From Gemmatimonadota bacterium (GTDB taxonomy: Bacteria > JBHIER01 > G020348925), in contig CP070758.1 in assembly GCA_020348925.1 (NCBI GenBank), positions 2,867,688 to 2,931,687 on the forward strand: a stretch of DNA of 64,000 nucleotides, given 5' to 3'. Positions 42,506-52,354 of the stretch are shown here, piece by piece. Made by a program: the position numbers and the translations under genes. The notes beneath the pieces were generated by a model that saw only the letters and a program-made list of their open reading frames with translations, did no database searches and was not told where the DNA came from. The stretch's first letter is position 1. Each line of letters starts with the position of its first letter.

Positions 42506-43345
42506 TTATCTCATAATCACAAACTTGCCAATCTTTTTCTCGCTCTCAGTTTGAACGACATAGTAATAGAGACCGCTGACGACGAACTGGTCGTTTCTTG
42601 AGATCAAATTCCACATCTCAGAGTCAGTGCCGCTGTCGTGAATAATGGTCTCAACCAAATCCCCCTCAAGGCTATAAATGGAAATCACTGCCGCGGGCGG
42701 CAGGTTGGTGAACATGATCTTGTCTTCGTAGCGGACCTCGAAAAGGGACGTCGCTTTGTATGGATTCGGGACGACTTTTACATCGGCCAAACCCGACTTG
42801 TCATGTCCCGTCTCATATCGTTTCGTTGGATATACGGCGATGGGGGTGCCGTCGTCCTTCTTCATGTAATTGTCTCTTTCCGTCTCGACATGGGGATGTC
42901 CATAGGCGGTGACGGTGTAAAAGTAGGGTAGTCCATTAATGGGTCGTGAAATGTCCCGATCAAGAAATGTTCCGCCTGAGTCCGTATAGGAATGCGTTAT
43001 CGGGGGTAAATCCACCCGCAATCCGTTATTCAGCGTATCGCCCTTTTCATCGATGACGTAGACGCTGTCATCGGAATTGTCGAAGGCGGCGATAAGGTGC
43101 CACTCTTCGATCGTATATTGAGCCCGATAGATCCGATAGCCTATGAACAGGTTGTTCGACTCCAGGGGATTATCCATGGTTTCGGCCCTGTTGTCCCAGA
43201 TCAATTTTATTCCGCCGTCCACAGGGCTGTAGAACAGCTGTGGTGCCAAGAGGCTGGGGGGCTGGGCCGTCGCGTTCCCCTGGAAAAGAAAGAGGAGAAA
43301 CCCGAGGATGATAGAGGATCTTAATATTTTCAATCGGTTGTCCAT
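42506..43345 (-). CDS. Secreted protein with FN3-like domain and atypical T9SS-like CTD
   Basis: Signal peptide, IKLIWD...GYRIYR...YFYTVTAY, and tail VKVVPNPY...MFTNLP...WNLISRN...SGLYYYVV...GKFVIMR. Start moved to MDNRL. Confidence 0.82.
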   Translation of the reverse strand: MDNRLKILRSSIILGFLLFLFQGNATAQPPSLLAPQLFYSPVDGGIKLIWDNRAETMDNPLESNNLFIGYRIYRAQYTIEEWHLIAAFDNSDDSVYVIDEKGDTLNNGLRVDLPPITHSYTDSGGTFLDRDISRPINGLPYFYTVTAYGHPHVETERDNYMKKDDGTPIAVYPTKRYETGHDKSGLADVKVVPNPYKATSLFEVRYEDKIMFTNLPPAAVISIYSLEGDLVETIIHDSGTDSEMWNLISRNDQFVVSGLYYYVVQTESEKKIGKFVIMR

Positions 43346-43374
43346 CGTTTCAATTTCACCTTCGCCCGTCATAC

Positions 43375-44520
43375 CTATGGATAGAGTCTTCCAAATTTGT
43401 AAATGTACTGTGTTGGCCCCCCCACGGAGTTGATACCTTCCCAGGAATCCCGGAAGCAGCCCCATAAATATCCGTTGCCCCAGCAAATCTGGTAGGGAGC
43501 ATGAGGCCGGATCAACTCTTCATAGACGTAGTACCCAAGCACGTGGAGGTTCTCATCCAGCATGTACAAGCGATGAGTCCCGCGGGAGTTGAGCCAGAAT
43601 TTCTCACCGTCCCAGGCTATTCCGGTGGGGTTTACGATACCATCGTCGATCTCCTGTGTGGGAAAGGTCTCAGCCACGGAGAGGTTCCCGGAGTGCCGAT
43701 GAATGACATCATTGTCCGGATTTCTACTCAATGTATGAAAGTAATCATAAGATCCTGGAGAACAGGACCATAAATGTCGTCCATCCCATGTAATATCCCA
43801 GATGTCGCCTGTTGAAGTTACGTCAGAGGGCAGTTTAAAGGATGTCTTTATCAGCGCGGTGTCGCCGGGGGTGAGAATGAGCTCGTAAAACGTGTCCTTG
43901 CGATCATCGTATGTGATCAGATAGTTCTGATGCCACTCCAGTCCCAGAGGGGCTATGTAAAAATTGCCTTTCGGCGTTGGGAAGTTTGGCAAGAAGAACG
44001 TATCGACCACAGACATATATGAGTCATAATTGTGAGCAAATATGACCTTGTCCATGGAGTCGGCTGACCATAGATTGGAACCAAGCCAGACGACCCCCTG
44101 TGGGCTGAAGGAGCCCCACATGCCGGGGTTGTATATATCCTCAGCATAATAGATCTTTCCGAGGGAAACACTTTCGACTCGAATCGTGTCGATTTCGGAG
44201 CTCGCAAAGACGGAGATTCCGGTGGAATAGGTCACAAAGAAGTCTTTTGTTATGGTGATGGTATAATCATATCCGTTCGGATTACCCAAAACGTGGGGAA
44301 AAATATATGTACCGGTGCTGTCGGTGGTGTCGATCTCACTATTCAGGAAAACGAGTGCGCCACTGAGCGGAGTGCCGTCTGCTGAGTTGAGGACCTGACC
44401 CTTAAGCGGATAGTTGGGTTCCTCGGATGGGAAATAATCATGGTGCTGTTCCTGCCAGCAGGAGACCAAGAGACAGAGGGACAGCATAAGAAATCCGATC
44501 AGCACTTTTCTTTTCATCAT
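43375..44520 (-). CDS. Lipoprotein with carboxypeptidase-regulatory-like domain and beta-propeller
   Basis: LVSC lipobox, GQVLNSADGTPLSGALV, and repeated G(I/L)xWDGxxLW blades. Confidence 0.8.
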   Translation of the reverse strand: MMKRKVLIGFLMLSLCLLVSCWQEQHHDYFPSEEPNYPLKGQVLNSADGTPLSGALVFLNSEIDTTDSTGTYIFPHVLGNPNGYDYTITITKDFFVTYSTGISVFASSEIDTIRVESVSLGKIYYAEDIYNPGMWGSFSPQGVVWLGSNLWSADSMDKVIFAHNYDSYMSVVDTFFLPNFPTPKGNFYIAPLGLEWHQNYLITYDDRKDTFYELILTPGDTALIKTSFKLPSDVTSTGDIWDITWDGRHLWSCSPGSYDYFHTLSRNPDNDVIHRHSGNLSVAETFPTQEIDDGIVNPTGIAWDGEKFWLNSRGTHRLYMLDENLHVLGYYVYEELIRPHAPYQICWGNGYLWGCFRDSWEGINSVGGPTQYIYKFGRLYP

Positions 44521-44533
44521 AACTCACACAGTG

Positions 44534-47053
44534 TTAAAAACGTAAATCCATACCCAATCGAATTCGGCGGCCGAGATCAAGGGCGCCCGGGTCTTTTAGG
44601 ATCCCTCCTGGTATACCCTGCGCGTCGACCCACAACATGTTCTTCGAATCAAGTGCGTTGCGTAATTCTAACAAAAAAGAGACTGTTATATTGTCGAAGG
44701 AAAAATCCTTGTTGACTTTGAGGTCCAAATAATCGGTGGACTCCATTCGCGCATCGTTTGGCTTTGTATAATATCCGGTGTCCTTTGTATATGGTAAGGG
44801 ACTGTTCCATTGCCACAGGAGACTGATGCCCCAATCGTCCTCCTTTCGAACGTCGAGATCCACAACGAGCTTATGCCTTTGATCCCAGGAGAGAAAGTAT
44901 TCCCCGATGGGAACTTGATAGCCTTTATTCAGCCAGTCGTATCCCTCCCGCTCGCTGGAGCCTGTGCCCTGTGCCATCATGTATGTGTAGCTTATTTTAC
45001 CCGCGAGAAATTTTCCGTGCCGTTTCTCCAGATACGTTTCGACTCCGTGGATGTTCACGTGAGCCACATTGACATACTGAGTGTAGCCCCCTTGTCCATC
45101 CTCGTTCTGAGGGAGATACGTCTTCGTATCGATGAGATTGGAAACATCTTTATTGAAGAGCGTGATATTGAAGAGGTAGTTTTCCTGAAAGCGGTGTTTG
45201 AAGCCTGCCTCGAAGGCGATGGTTTGGGCCGGTTTCAAATCCGGGTCCCCGGCCAGCGGCGAGAAGCCGTCGGCGTTGTACTGCAAATTTGTATAGAGAT
45301 ACTTGAAGGAAGGGATCTGAAAAAAGTAGCCGTAGTTGAGATGGACTTGGTCGTTTTCAGTGATGGCGATCGATACTCCCAAACGGGGGCTGATTTGTTG
45401 TTTTAAACTTGCGGCCACGCGTTTGTTATTTTTAACCACGAAACCGCCTTCATCACTCTGGATGGTCGTATCCTGCTCAACGGCCGGACGGGAAGCAGTA
45501 GGATTGAAGAAGTCGTATCGGAGTCCGAGATTGGCGACCAATCCCAGATATTCGATCTTGTCCTGAAGGTATATCGATCCCTCTTTCGGGTAGTAATGGT
45601 ATTCTGTATCGTAAATGTTATATTGAGGAAAACGCCAGTCTGAGGTTTCGGTTGTGTCGTGTTTGACATCTTTCAGGTATAAGTAATAGTGGATGAATTC
45701 AAAGCCTGATTTGAACTGGTGATGAGGTGTGATCTGACTTGTGCCTTCCACTTTGGCTGTGGTGATGACCTCCTTGTGATCCTGCCACCACATCTTATCT
45801 TCGGATATGCGCCACTCTCCGTCGGTGTCCACGCTGGGGAAGTCGTATTCAAGAGTTCCCTTTCCAAAGACCGACTTGAGGACAAAGAACTGGCTCAGCT
45901 TCACGGTATAGAACGTATGGGGATTGAGCGTATGGGTGAGGATCGTCGCCACCTGGTAGCTCTTTTTGCTCTGTGGAGGAAGACCATCAAGGTTCTCCTT
46001 CCAATAGTACCACCAGTGTTCGTATTCTATCCAGTCCCACATGGAGATCAGGCCCTGTAAGTTCAACTTGAGGGCATCGGATAAGCGGTAGGAGATCTTA
46101 CCCAAACCGCTCTGTTTCTTGGTGTCCGGATCGGCGAAGACCTGGCTCTTGTAACCGAGCACCTCTCTTCGCCAGCGGGCAAAGGGATACTGGATGTTCC
46201 AGGAGAGGAGGTAACTGGCTCTGTGATTCACCGGTCCACCGAGAAAGAGCTCACCGTAATTCTCGTCGTCAACAGGACGATCCTTAAAGTAGTTATGATG
46301 GCCGGTTAATCGGTCGGAATAGACGGAAAGCTGACCGTGATGCTTCGATCCGCCCTCCTTGGTGACCACATCGACCACACCGGACATGGCCCGACCGTAT
46401 TCGGCGTTAAAGCCGCCGGTTTGGATACTCACTTCAGTGATCGCGTTTTGCGGGATCTCTGATCCGGCCTCGCCTTCAAGGGCTTCTTGAATCGGAATGC
46501 CATCGACCAAATAGATGACTTCGGATTTTCTTCCCCCGCGGAAGTGTCCCCCCGCCACACCGGGTTGAATATCGACCACCTCGTGAAAGGACCGGACAGG
46601 CTTGTGGTTCAGGTCGTGACTTGAGACGAAGTGCGTGGAGGACGTTATGTCCTTTTGAATGAGAGGCTGTTCCGCTGAGACGGTGATCTCCTCGAACTCG
46701 AGAACAGTGGGCGATAGGGCGAAATCCAACGTCGTCCGCAGATCGATACTTATTCTCACGTTCTCTCTGGTCTCTGCTACAAATCCCATCATACTTGCCC
46801 GGACCTTATACATTCCCGGGGGGACGTTGTTGATGAGAAAGAATCCCTTCGGATCGACTATGGTGCCGAAGTTCGTTCCCAGGATGACAATATTCGCGCC
46901 TATCAACGACTTCCCATCATCCTTGTTGGTGACCGTTCCGGCGAGCGTTCCCGTGACTCCGGCAAAGACATGATCGAGGAAGCCGGTGCTCAGGATACAA
47001 CACAAAGAGATCGTACTCCATAGTACTGTCTTTTTTATAGCGTCGACGCTCAT
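44534..47053 (-). CDS. TonB-dependent receptor
   Basis: N-terminal CarboxypepD_reg-like domain, plug RGGR...YLVDG...GGFNAEYG...SGVV, NLGLRYD, SPRLG, terminal RF. Confidence 0.95.
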   Translation of the reverse strand: MSVDAIKKTVLWSTISLCCILSTGFLDHVFAGVTGTLAGTVTNKDDGKSLIGANIVILGTNFGTIVDPKGFFLINNVPPGMYKVRASMMGFVAETRENVRISIDLRTTLDFALSPTVLEFEEITVSAEQPLIQKDITSSTHFVSSHDLNHKPVRSFHEVVDIQPGVAGGHFRGGRKSEVIYLVDGIPIQEALEGEAGSEIPQNAITEVSIQTGGFNAEYGRAMSGVVDVVTKEGGSKHHGQLSVYSDRLTGHHNYFKDRPVDDENYGELFLGGPVNHRASYLLSWNIQYPFARWRREVLGYKSQVFADPDTKKQSGLGKISYRLSDALKLNLQGLISMWDWIEYEHWWYYWKENLDGLPPQSKKSYQVATILTHTLNPHTFYTVKLSQFFVLKSVFGKGTLEYDFPSVDTDGEWRISEDKMWWQDHKEVITTAKVEGTSQITPHHQFKSGFEFIHYYLYLKDVKHDTTETSDWRFPQYNIYDTEYHYYPKEGSIYLQDKIEYLGLVANLGLRYDFFNPTASRPAVEQDTTIQSDEGGFVVKNNKRVAASLKQQISPRLGVSIAITENDQVHLNYGYFFQIPSFKYLYTNLQYNADGFSPLAGDPDLKPAQTIAFEAGFKHRFQENYLFNITLFNKDVSNLIDTKTYLPQNEDGQGGYTQYVNVAHVNIHGVETYLEKRHGKFLAGKISYTYMMAQGTGSSEREGYDWLNKGYQVPIGEYFLSWDQRHKLVVDLDVRKEDDWGISLLWQWNSPLPYTKDTGYYTKPNDARMESTDYLDLKVNKDFSFDNITVSFLLELRNALDSKNMLWVDAQGIPGGILKDPGALDLGRRIRLGMDLRF

Positions 47054-47072
47054 GTCATTGTTCTTCCTCGTA

Positions 47073-49589
47073 TCATTTCAAGAACACCATGCGTTTGCTT
47101 TCCTGCCATGTGCCGTCAGCTAACGATATTCTGTAGAAGTAGACCCCACTGGCCACCTCGCTGCCGTTGTGGTCACGCCCGTCCCAGTGCACGGTATAGT
47201 ATCCAGGCTCTTTGTCTTCATCAACCAATGTCCGCACCTCCTGACCCAAGATGTTGTAGATTATCAAAGTGGTGTGGACGTGAGATCCCTTATCTGCTAT
47301 CTGATATCTGATATCTGTATTCGAATTGAAAGGGTTCGGAAAGTTTTGAGACAATTGATATGAGGAAGGGATGCTTCCCTCGGGCTCATCGTGAGAACCG
47401 GTCTGGATCTGATAGGTGCCAAGTTTGTCAATCGTCACTGTGATCGTTCCGTGGCGAGAGTCCACATCGCCCCCCACGTACTCCCACCCTTCGGCGTTCT
47501 GCCGGTACACGGCCGGCTGAGTGAGTTCGTCGGCAGCATCGTCCCTGTCGTATTGAAGGGTGAGAATTCCGGGCTGTTGAAGCGTCGCTCCGGTGGGACC
47601 AATTCTATAGACATCTCCTATCGTTCTTCTGCCCATTGTTTTCGGGATTGAGAGACGGGGTGGAATTTCCTTTGGAAGATAGATGGGGTCTTCAGCGTTC
47701 TGTTGAAACACTGAGATCCACGTATCTTTGCTCAGGCTATGAGCGGGAATACGGACGTTCACTTTCCCATCGTGTGAAGCGATTTCGCCTCCTATTTTTG
47801 CAGGAATGAAACTGACCGTGAAACTGGTCTCATATTCCGGGGCGTGATTTCCGCTCACATCCTGACCGTTCACCCTGACGTCTATGACCCCGTCGTTGGA
47901 AAGCCAGTAGTTTCCCTGGTATATGTGAGGATCATTTGAATGGCGGTCCTCATAATACGGATAGAACCTGTACATGGCCAACGTGTCGGTTGTGTCGTGT
48001 TGCGTGAACTCGAGGAGTGGGTAGGGCCTCTGTCCGGAGATGAGCTCTTCCTTTGAAAAGACATACAAATCCAGAGATCGATCGTCGATGGGACCGTGAA
48101 ATACGACGAAATTGAGGGAATCGGGCGGAGTGATATCATCGGAGATATAGAGTGCCCCGTTTCCGGCCAAAGAGCGAGTGACGATGGCCATGTAGATCGT
48201 TCGGTACTCCGTTTTGTATCCGGACACATCGCAGTATCCACGATTCTCATCATCGAGGGGGATAAATTCCACCTGGGCCCCTTGGTCCAGTGGTTGCAGC
48301 CAGTCGTTCTGGGCTTTGATCACGACGAGTGAGTATTCGGAACCGTCCTCTCCGTTGAAGACGAGCATCGAATCTATGTCTCCGGAAAAATGGGCCGTCA
48401 TGGCGATGAATGCCGCGCTCCAGCTGGACGTCCAGGTGTATTCATAGGGGGGCTCCAAAAAACCCGGTAAGCCCCAGTAGAGAAAACTGTTGATAATTGT
48501 ACCGCTCACATCCTCAGGGCTGAGATATCTCAGACTGTACTTCCCTCCGTAAAAGCTGGAATCCGCAGCCAGACCGAGACTGAGGAAATACCAGGTGAGA
48601 ACGAAATCCTCGAAAACTTCTGAAAAACTGTCTTCATAATCGAGGGCGGCGAGGGTTGTATCGATGGCTTCAATCCCTTGGTATGCGTCGTCCGCCACCA
48701 AAGCGGAGATGAAATCGAAGCCGTATCGTTCAAAGTAATAGTGCATGAGCATGGAGTTTTGAATGACATCAGGCTCCCACACCCAATCTCCGTACTGGTC
48801 TGTGAAGACAGTGAAGCCTACAAAGGGCTCCATAGGGTCGAAGTAGCCGGTGGTCACTCCGTAGCCGCACAGGAATTGAGCCAGCATGGAGCAGCCCTCG
48901 GTGATCCATCTTTCCTCGATGGGATCGTTGTACCAGTGGATCAGACGCTGGAGGCTGTGAGCGAGACTGGCCAGAGCCGTTGGAGAGCTTGGATTGTTTG
49001 GAAGACAATCCATGTATAACAGTTCATGCTCGTTGCTGAAGGAGTCCACTCTGGCGGAGTATTCGTTGACCGGATCAAAGTATCCGTGTTCCGCCAGCGG
49101 TCCCAGAAAATTCTCACCATACCTGTTCCAGCCGGAGAACCCTTCGGCCCTGACGTCCATAACAAGAATATAGATTCTCGGGTCACCGTCGAAGTCAGGG
49201 GGCTGGCCAAAGGCAGACGTTACTTTATCATAGATGCCTTCGGTGCTGGCCAATAGTCCCGAGGCACTGCTGTCGACGGCTGTTGTCCGGTGTTCAAAGG
49301 CCGTCAAGATATTTTGGACATCAACGGAATCGACATCCCCGAAAGTCCATCGATTCGTTTCGACGAAAATATAGCATTTTTCACCAACAGCCCGGCATAT
49401 GGCTTCCGTGCGAAAGTATCCTGTCGAGAAAAAGCTTCTGCTGTAAGACCAGAACGTTGCGGTATCACCCACAGCCACAGCAGTATGTTCGGTCCCATCC
49501 TGGATGTGTCCGTCGGCCACGGCCGAGGTCATGGATATAAGAATGAAACACAAAGATGTAAGAATAAGACGCCGCACGTTTTTATTCAT
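47073..49589 (-). CDS. M30/hyicolysin-like metallopeptidase homolog with degenerate Zn motif + ZU5-like + T9SS CTD
   Basis: FGQPPDFDGDPRIYIL, GYFDPVNE, SNEHELLYMD, LAHSLQRLIH...EERWITEG, QNFPNPFN...WDG...SGVYFYRI. Confidence 0.78.
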   Translation of the reverse strand: MNKNVRRLILTSLCFILISMTSAVADGHIQDGTEHTAVAVGDTATFWSYSRSFFSTGYFRTEAICRAVGEKCYIFVETNRWTFGDVDSVDVQNILTAFEHRTTAVDSSASGLLASTEGIYDKVTSAFGQPPDFDGDPRIYILVMDVRAEGFSGWNRYGENFLGPLAEHGYFDPVNEYSARVDSFSNEHELLYMDCLPNNPSSPTALASLAHSLQRLIHWYNDPIEERWITEGCSMLAQFLCGYGVTTGYFDPMEPFVGFTVFTDQYGDWVWEPDVIQNSMLMHYYFERYGFDFISALVADDAYQGIEAIDTTLAALDYEDSFSEVFEDFVLTWYFLSLGLAADSSFYGGKYSLRYLSPEDVSGTIINSFLYWGLPGFLEPPYEYTWTSSWSAAFIAMTAHFSGDIDSMLVFNGEDGSEYSLVVIKAQNDWLQPLDQGAQVEFIPLDDENRGYCDVSGYKTEYRTIYMAIVTRSLAGNGALYISDDITPPDSLNFVVFHGPIDDRSLDLYVFSKEELISGQRPYPLLEFTQHDTTDTLAMYRFYPYYEDRHSNDPHIYQGNYWLSNDGVIDVRVNGQDVSGNHAPEYETSFTVSFIPAKIGGEIASHDGKVNVRIPAHSLSKDTWISVFQQNAEDPIYLPKEIPPRLSIPKTMGRRTIGDVYRIGPTGATLQQPGILTLQYDRDDAADELTQPAVYRQNAEGWEYVGGDVDSRHGTITVTIDKLGTYQIQTGSHDEPEGSIPSSYQLSQNFPNPFNSNTDIRYQIADKGSHVHTTLIIYNILGQEVRTLVDEDKEPGYYTVHWDGRDHNGSEVASGVYFYRISLADGTWQESKRMVFLK

Positions 49590-49666
49590 ATGATCTCTTT
49601 AATCTTACTTGTAATTGGGGGCTGATTGCTCCAAGCCTTCTTCCCCTCCTGGATCTCCCGTGCATA

Positions 49667-49695
49667 AATATATATTGTCGAAGAGTGTCTGTCAA
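49667..49695 (-). promoter_or_regulatory. Candidate sigma70 promoter TTGACA-N17-TATATT for the TonB/PorV operon
   Basis: Consensus -35, 17-nt spacer, 5/6 match at -10, about 80 nt upstream of 49589. Confidence 0.7.
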
Positions 49696-49795
49696 TAAAC
49701 AGTATTTCTGACAGTGACATTATTAGACACGTAAATGTCTTAAAAGATTCAAAATCATAGAGATTGGTGGTTCAGGAGAATCATTTTCGAAACCA

Positions 49796-52321
49796 TTACG
49801 GTTTCAGAATCGTCGGCTCACATTCCCCCATACCCAGTATCACATTGATTATACCCAACGCATCCAGGATGTCGACGCTATCGTCGGCATTGCAGTCGGC
49901 CCGAGAGTAAGGACCACCCGCGAGTGGTGATATCCCTAAAATATGGTTGACGACGGTCAAGACATCAAGGACGTCGATGCCACCCTGGCAGTCGATGTTG
50001 CCTCTCTCAACCGGAGCCTGATCCGGATTGGAGATCCCGGGGCAGTTGTCCTCCTCGCAGGTGTCGGCCGGATAGCCGGGATCACCGTACCCATCGTCGT
50101 CACTGTCCGTACATGCGTCACACAGATCCCCAATCCCATCGCTGTCGGCATCGGCCTGGTCCGGATTTACATCGTCTGGGCAGTTGTCACAAGCGTCACC
50201 GAAACCGTCATCGTCAGAATCCTCCTGCCCCGGATTATAAACGCCGGGACAGTTGTCGTCAATATCAAGGACTCCGTCCTCATCGACGTCCGCCGTCACC
50301 GGGTTGAGGTGAACCCCCTGAATCCATAGGGCATCAACCATCGTTCCGTCGTTATGATGGCCTGAATAATCCGTGAGGATTTCTCCGGCGCCTTCGTTCA
50401 TGTGCCAGTAACCGACGAGACCGGGCTCATTCCCCACGACGTATGTCTCCATGGTGGCCACTATGTCCTCTTCGGTACGGATACTATTCCACAGCCGGAC
50501 TTCGTCAATAACGCCATCGAAGGTGTAACTGCCCTGGGCGTCGTTCCCCATGATGAGATCGTAGATACCGTTGTCTCCGATATTGCCTGAAGGCGGGATT
50601 GTGTGGGTGACCGTCTGTTCGGTACCGTTGATGAACATCCTGACAGCAGTTTGACCGTCATAGGTTACGGCTATGTGCTGCCATTCATCCAGGACAATGG
50701 TTGCTTCGGGTGTGTTTGAGTGACTCACCGTACCACCGCTGTGTATAAGCTGGAGATCGAGACTGTGATTGTTCAGGGGAGGGTATGACTCGATCAGAGA
50801 GAGCGTGATATTGGTCTTGTCCAGGACCCTTCCGAGCCCAAAGGTTGGAAATTCCCCCCAAGCGGTGGGCTTGATCCAGGCTTCGATGGTCAGGGTACCG
50901 GTGAGATGTAGCGACGACGTGGCCGGACAGGAGACGGAACTGTTCTCGCCGTTAAACTCAAGCGCGCTCTCGCCGTCGAAGACACGAACGTAATCCCTGG
51001 AGGAAACGATGTGGGAGAACGATTCGCCCGAAACATCCAGACAGACCGTGTACGTGCCCGGATCCTCGTAGGTCCACATCGGATTGGGCTCCTGAGCATC
51101 GATGGTGCCGTCACATTCAAAATCCCATGCCCAGGCTGCGATGGGCGACACGGGTGTCGAAAGATCGGTGAAGTGAACCGTCAGTGGGGCGTGCCCGGAG
51201 GTTCGATCGGCCTCAAAGGCGTACCTGAACAGATCGTTGTCCCACAGTGTGATTTTATTGCAGCTGCGGCCGGCGCCGATAAGGTCAAAATCGTCGTCGT
51301 CATCGATATCGACGGCGAGGGCGCAATAGGCTCCGCAAAAAGTGCCTTCGATGTCACGCTTTGCGAAATTCTGGCTTCCGTCGTTCTCCCACCAGGCCAA
51401 ACCTTCACTTCCGGCACCGAAGAGATCCTTATCCCCGTCGCCGTCCAGATCCACGGCATCGATCCACAAGGCTCCCTCAAAGGTGTCTATGGCGTGCCGC
51501 GCGAAATTTTGCGCACCGTCGTTCTCCCACCATGAGAAGAGGTTGCTATAAAAGGCGCAACCGAGGATATCCATGTCCCCATCTCCATCCAGGTCCCTCG
51601 CAAAGACGGTGTGGGCGGAGTTAAAATTTTCATCGATGGGATGTTCTGAAAAGTTCTCGTTCCCGTCATTTTCCCACCAGATGATGTCGCCGGTCGTTTC
51701 TCCGCAGGCAAGAACATCCACGTCACCGTCAGTGTCAATGTCTTCACCAACAATGAACGGTGAGAGTTCGAATCGGTCGGATATGAATTGCTTTGTAAAG
51801 TTTTGACTCCCGTCGTTCTCCCACCAGGAGATTTCTCCGTCGCCGCCGAACTCCGAGCAGAGTATATCCATCGATGTGTCCTGGTTCACATCGAGAGCCC
51901 AAACCGTGTGCGCACCTTCAACGTCGTTATCAACGGTGTGGGCCGTAAATCCGTTTCCTCCGTCGTTCTCCCACCAGGTAATTCTGCCCCCCCCATATTC
52001 GGCGACGAGGATGTCGATATCGCCGTCGGTGTCAAGATCCGCGGCGTGAACGGATCTGGGTGCGCCCGAATTCTCCGTTATGATATGCTCGGTAAAATGT
52101 TGCGTTCCGTCATTTTCCCACCAACTCATTACCTCTGAAAATCCTACCCCGACAATATCAACATGACCGTCGCCGTTGATATCTTTGACATCGATGGCCC
52201 AGGCGCCGTTAAAGGTGTTGGTGACATTGGTTTCGATAAAAGAGATTTGAGTGAAACCTGTCTGAGCGAACAAGGTGGCATAGGCGGAGCAGACGCCGAG
52301 GAACCGTATCAACTTTTTCAT
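49796..52321 (-). CDS. FG-GAP-like (WWENDG) repeats + PKD + LamG + TSP3 + dockerin (class A), no CTD
   Basis: DLDGDGDxDI...WWENDG repeats, GHAPLTVHF...WAWDF, TIEAWI...WQHIAVTY...IDEVRLW, RGNIDCQGGIDVLD. Confidence 0.9.
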   Translation of the reverse strand: MKKLIRFLGVCSAYATLFAQTGFTQISFIETNVTNTFNGAWAIDVKDINGDGHVDIVGVGFSEVMSWWENDGTQHFTEHIITENSGAPRSVHAADLDTDGDIDILVAEYGGGRITWWENDGGNGFTAHTVDNDVEGAHTVWALDVNQDTSMDILCSEFGGDGEISWWENDGSQNFTKQFISDRFELSPFIVGEDIDTDGDVDVLACGETTGDIIWWENDGNENFSEHPIDENFNSAHTVFARDLDGDGDMDILGCAFYSNLFSWWENDGAQNFARHAIDTFEGALWIDAVDLDGDGDKDLFGAGSEGLAWWENDGSQNFAKRDIEGTFCGAYCALAVDIDDDDDFDLIGAGRSCNKITLWDNDLFRYAFEADRTSGHAPLTVHFTDLSTPVSPIAAWAWDFECDGTIDAQEPNPMWTYEDPGTYTVCLDVSGESFSHIVSSRDYVRVFDGESALEFNGENSSVSCPATSSLHLTGTLTIEAWIKPTAWGEFPTFGLGRVLDKTNITLSLIESYPPLNNHSLDLQLIHSGGTVSHSNTPEATIVLDEWQHIAVTYDGQTAVRMFINGTEQTVTHTIPPSGNIGDNGIYDLIMGNDAQGSYTFDGVIDEVRLWNSIRTEEDIVATMETYVVGNEPGLVGYWHMNEGAGEILTDYSGHHNDGTMVDALWIQGVHLNPVTADVDEDGVLDIDDNCPGVYNPGQEDSDDDGFGDACDNCPDDVNPDQADADSDGIGDLCDACTDSDDDGYGDPGYPADTCEEDNCPGISNPDQAPVERGNIDCQGGIDVLDVLTVVNHILGISPLAGGPYSRADCNADDSVDILDALGIINVILGMGECEPTILKP

Positions 52322-52354
52322 GAAGTGGCCTCCTTATGAATTGAGATTCCTTCC

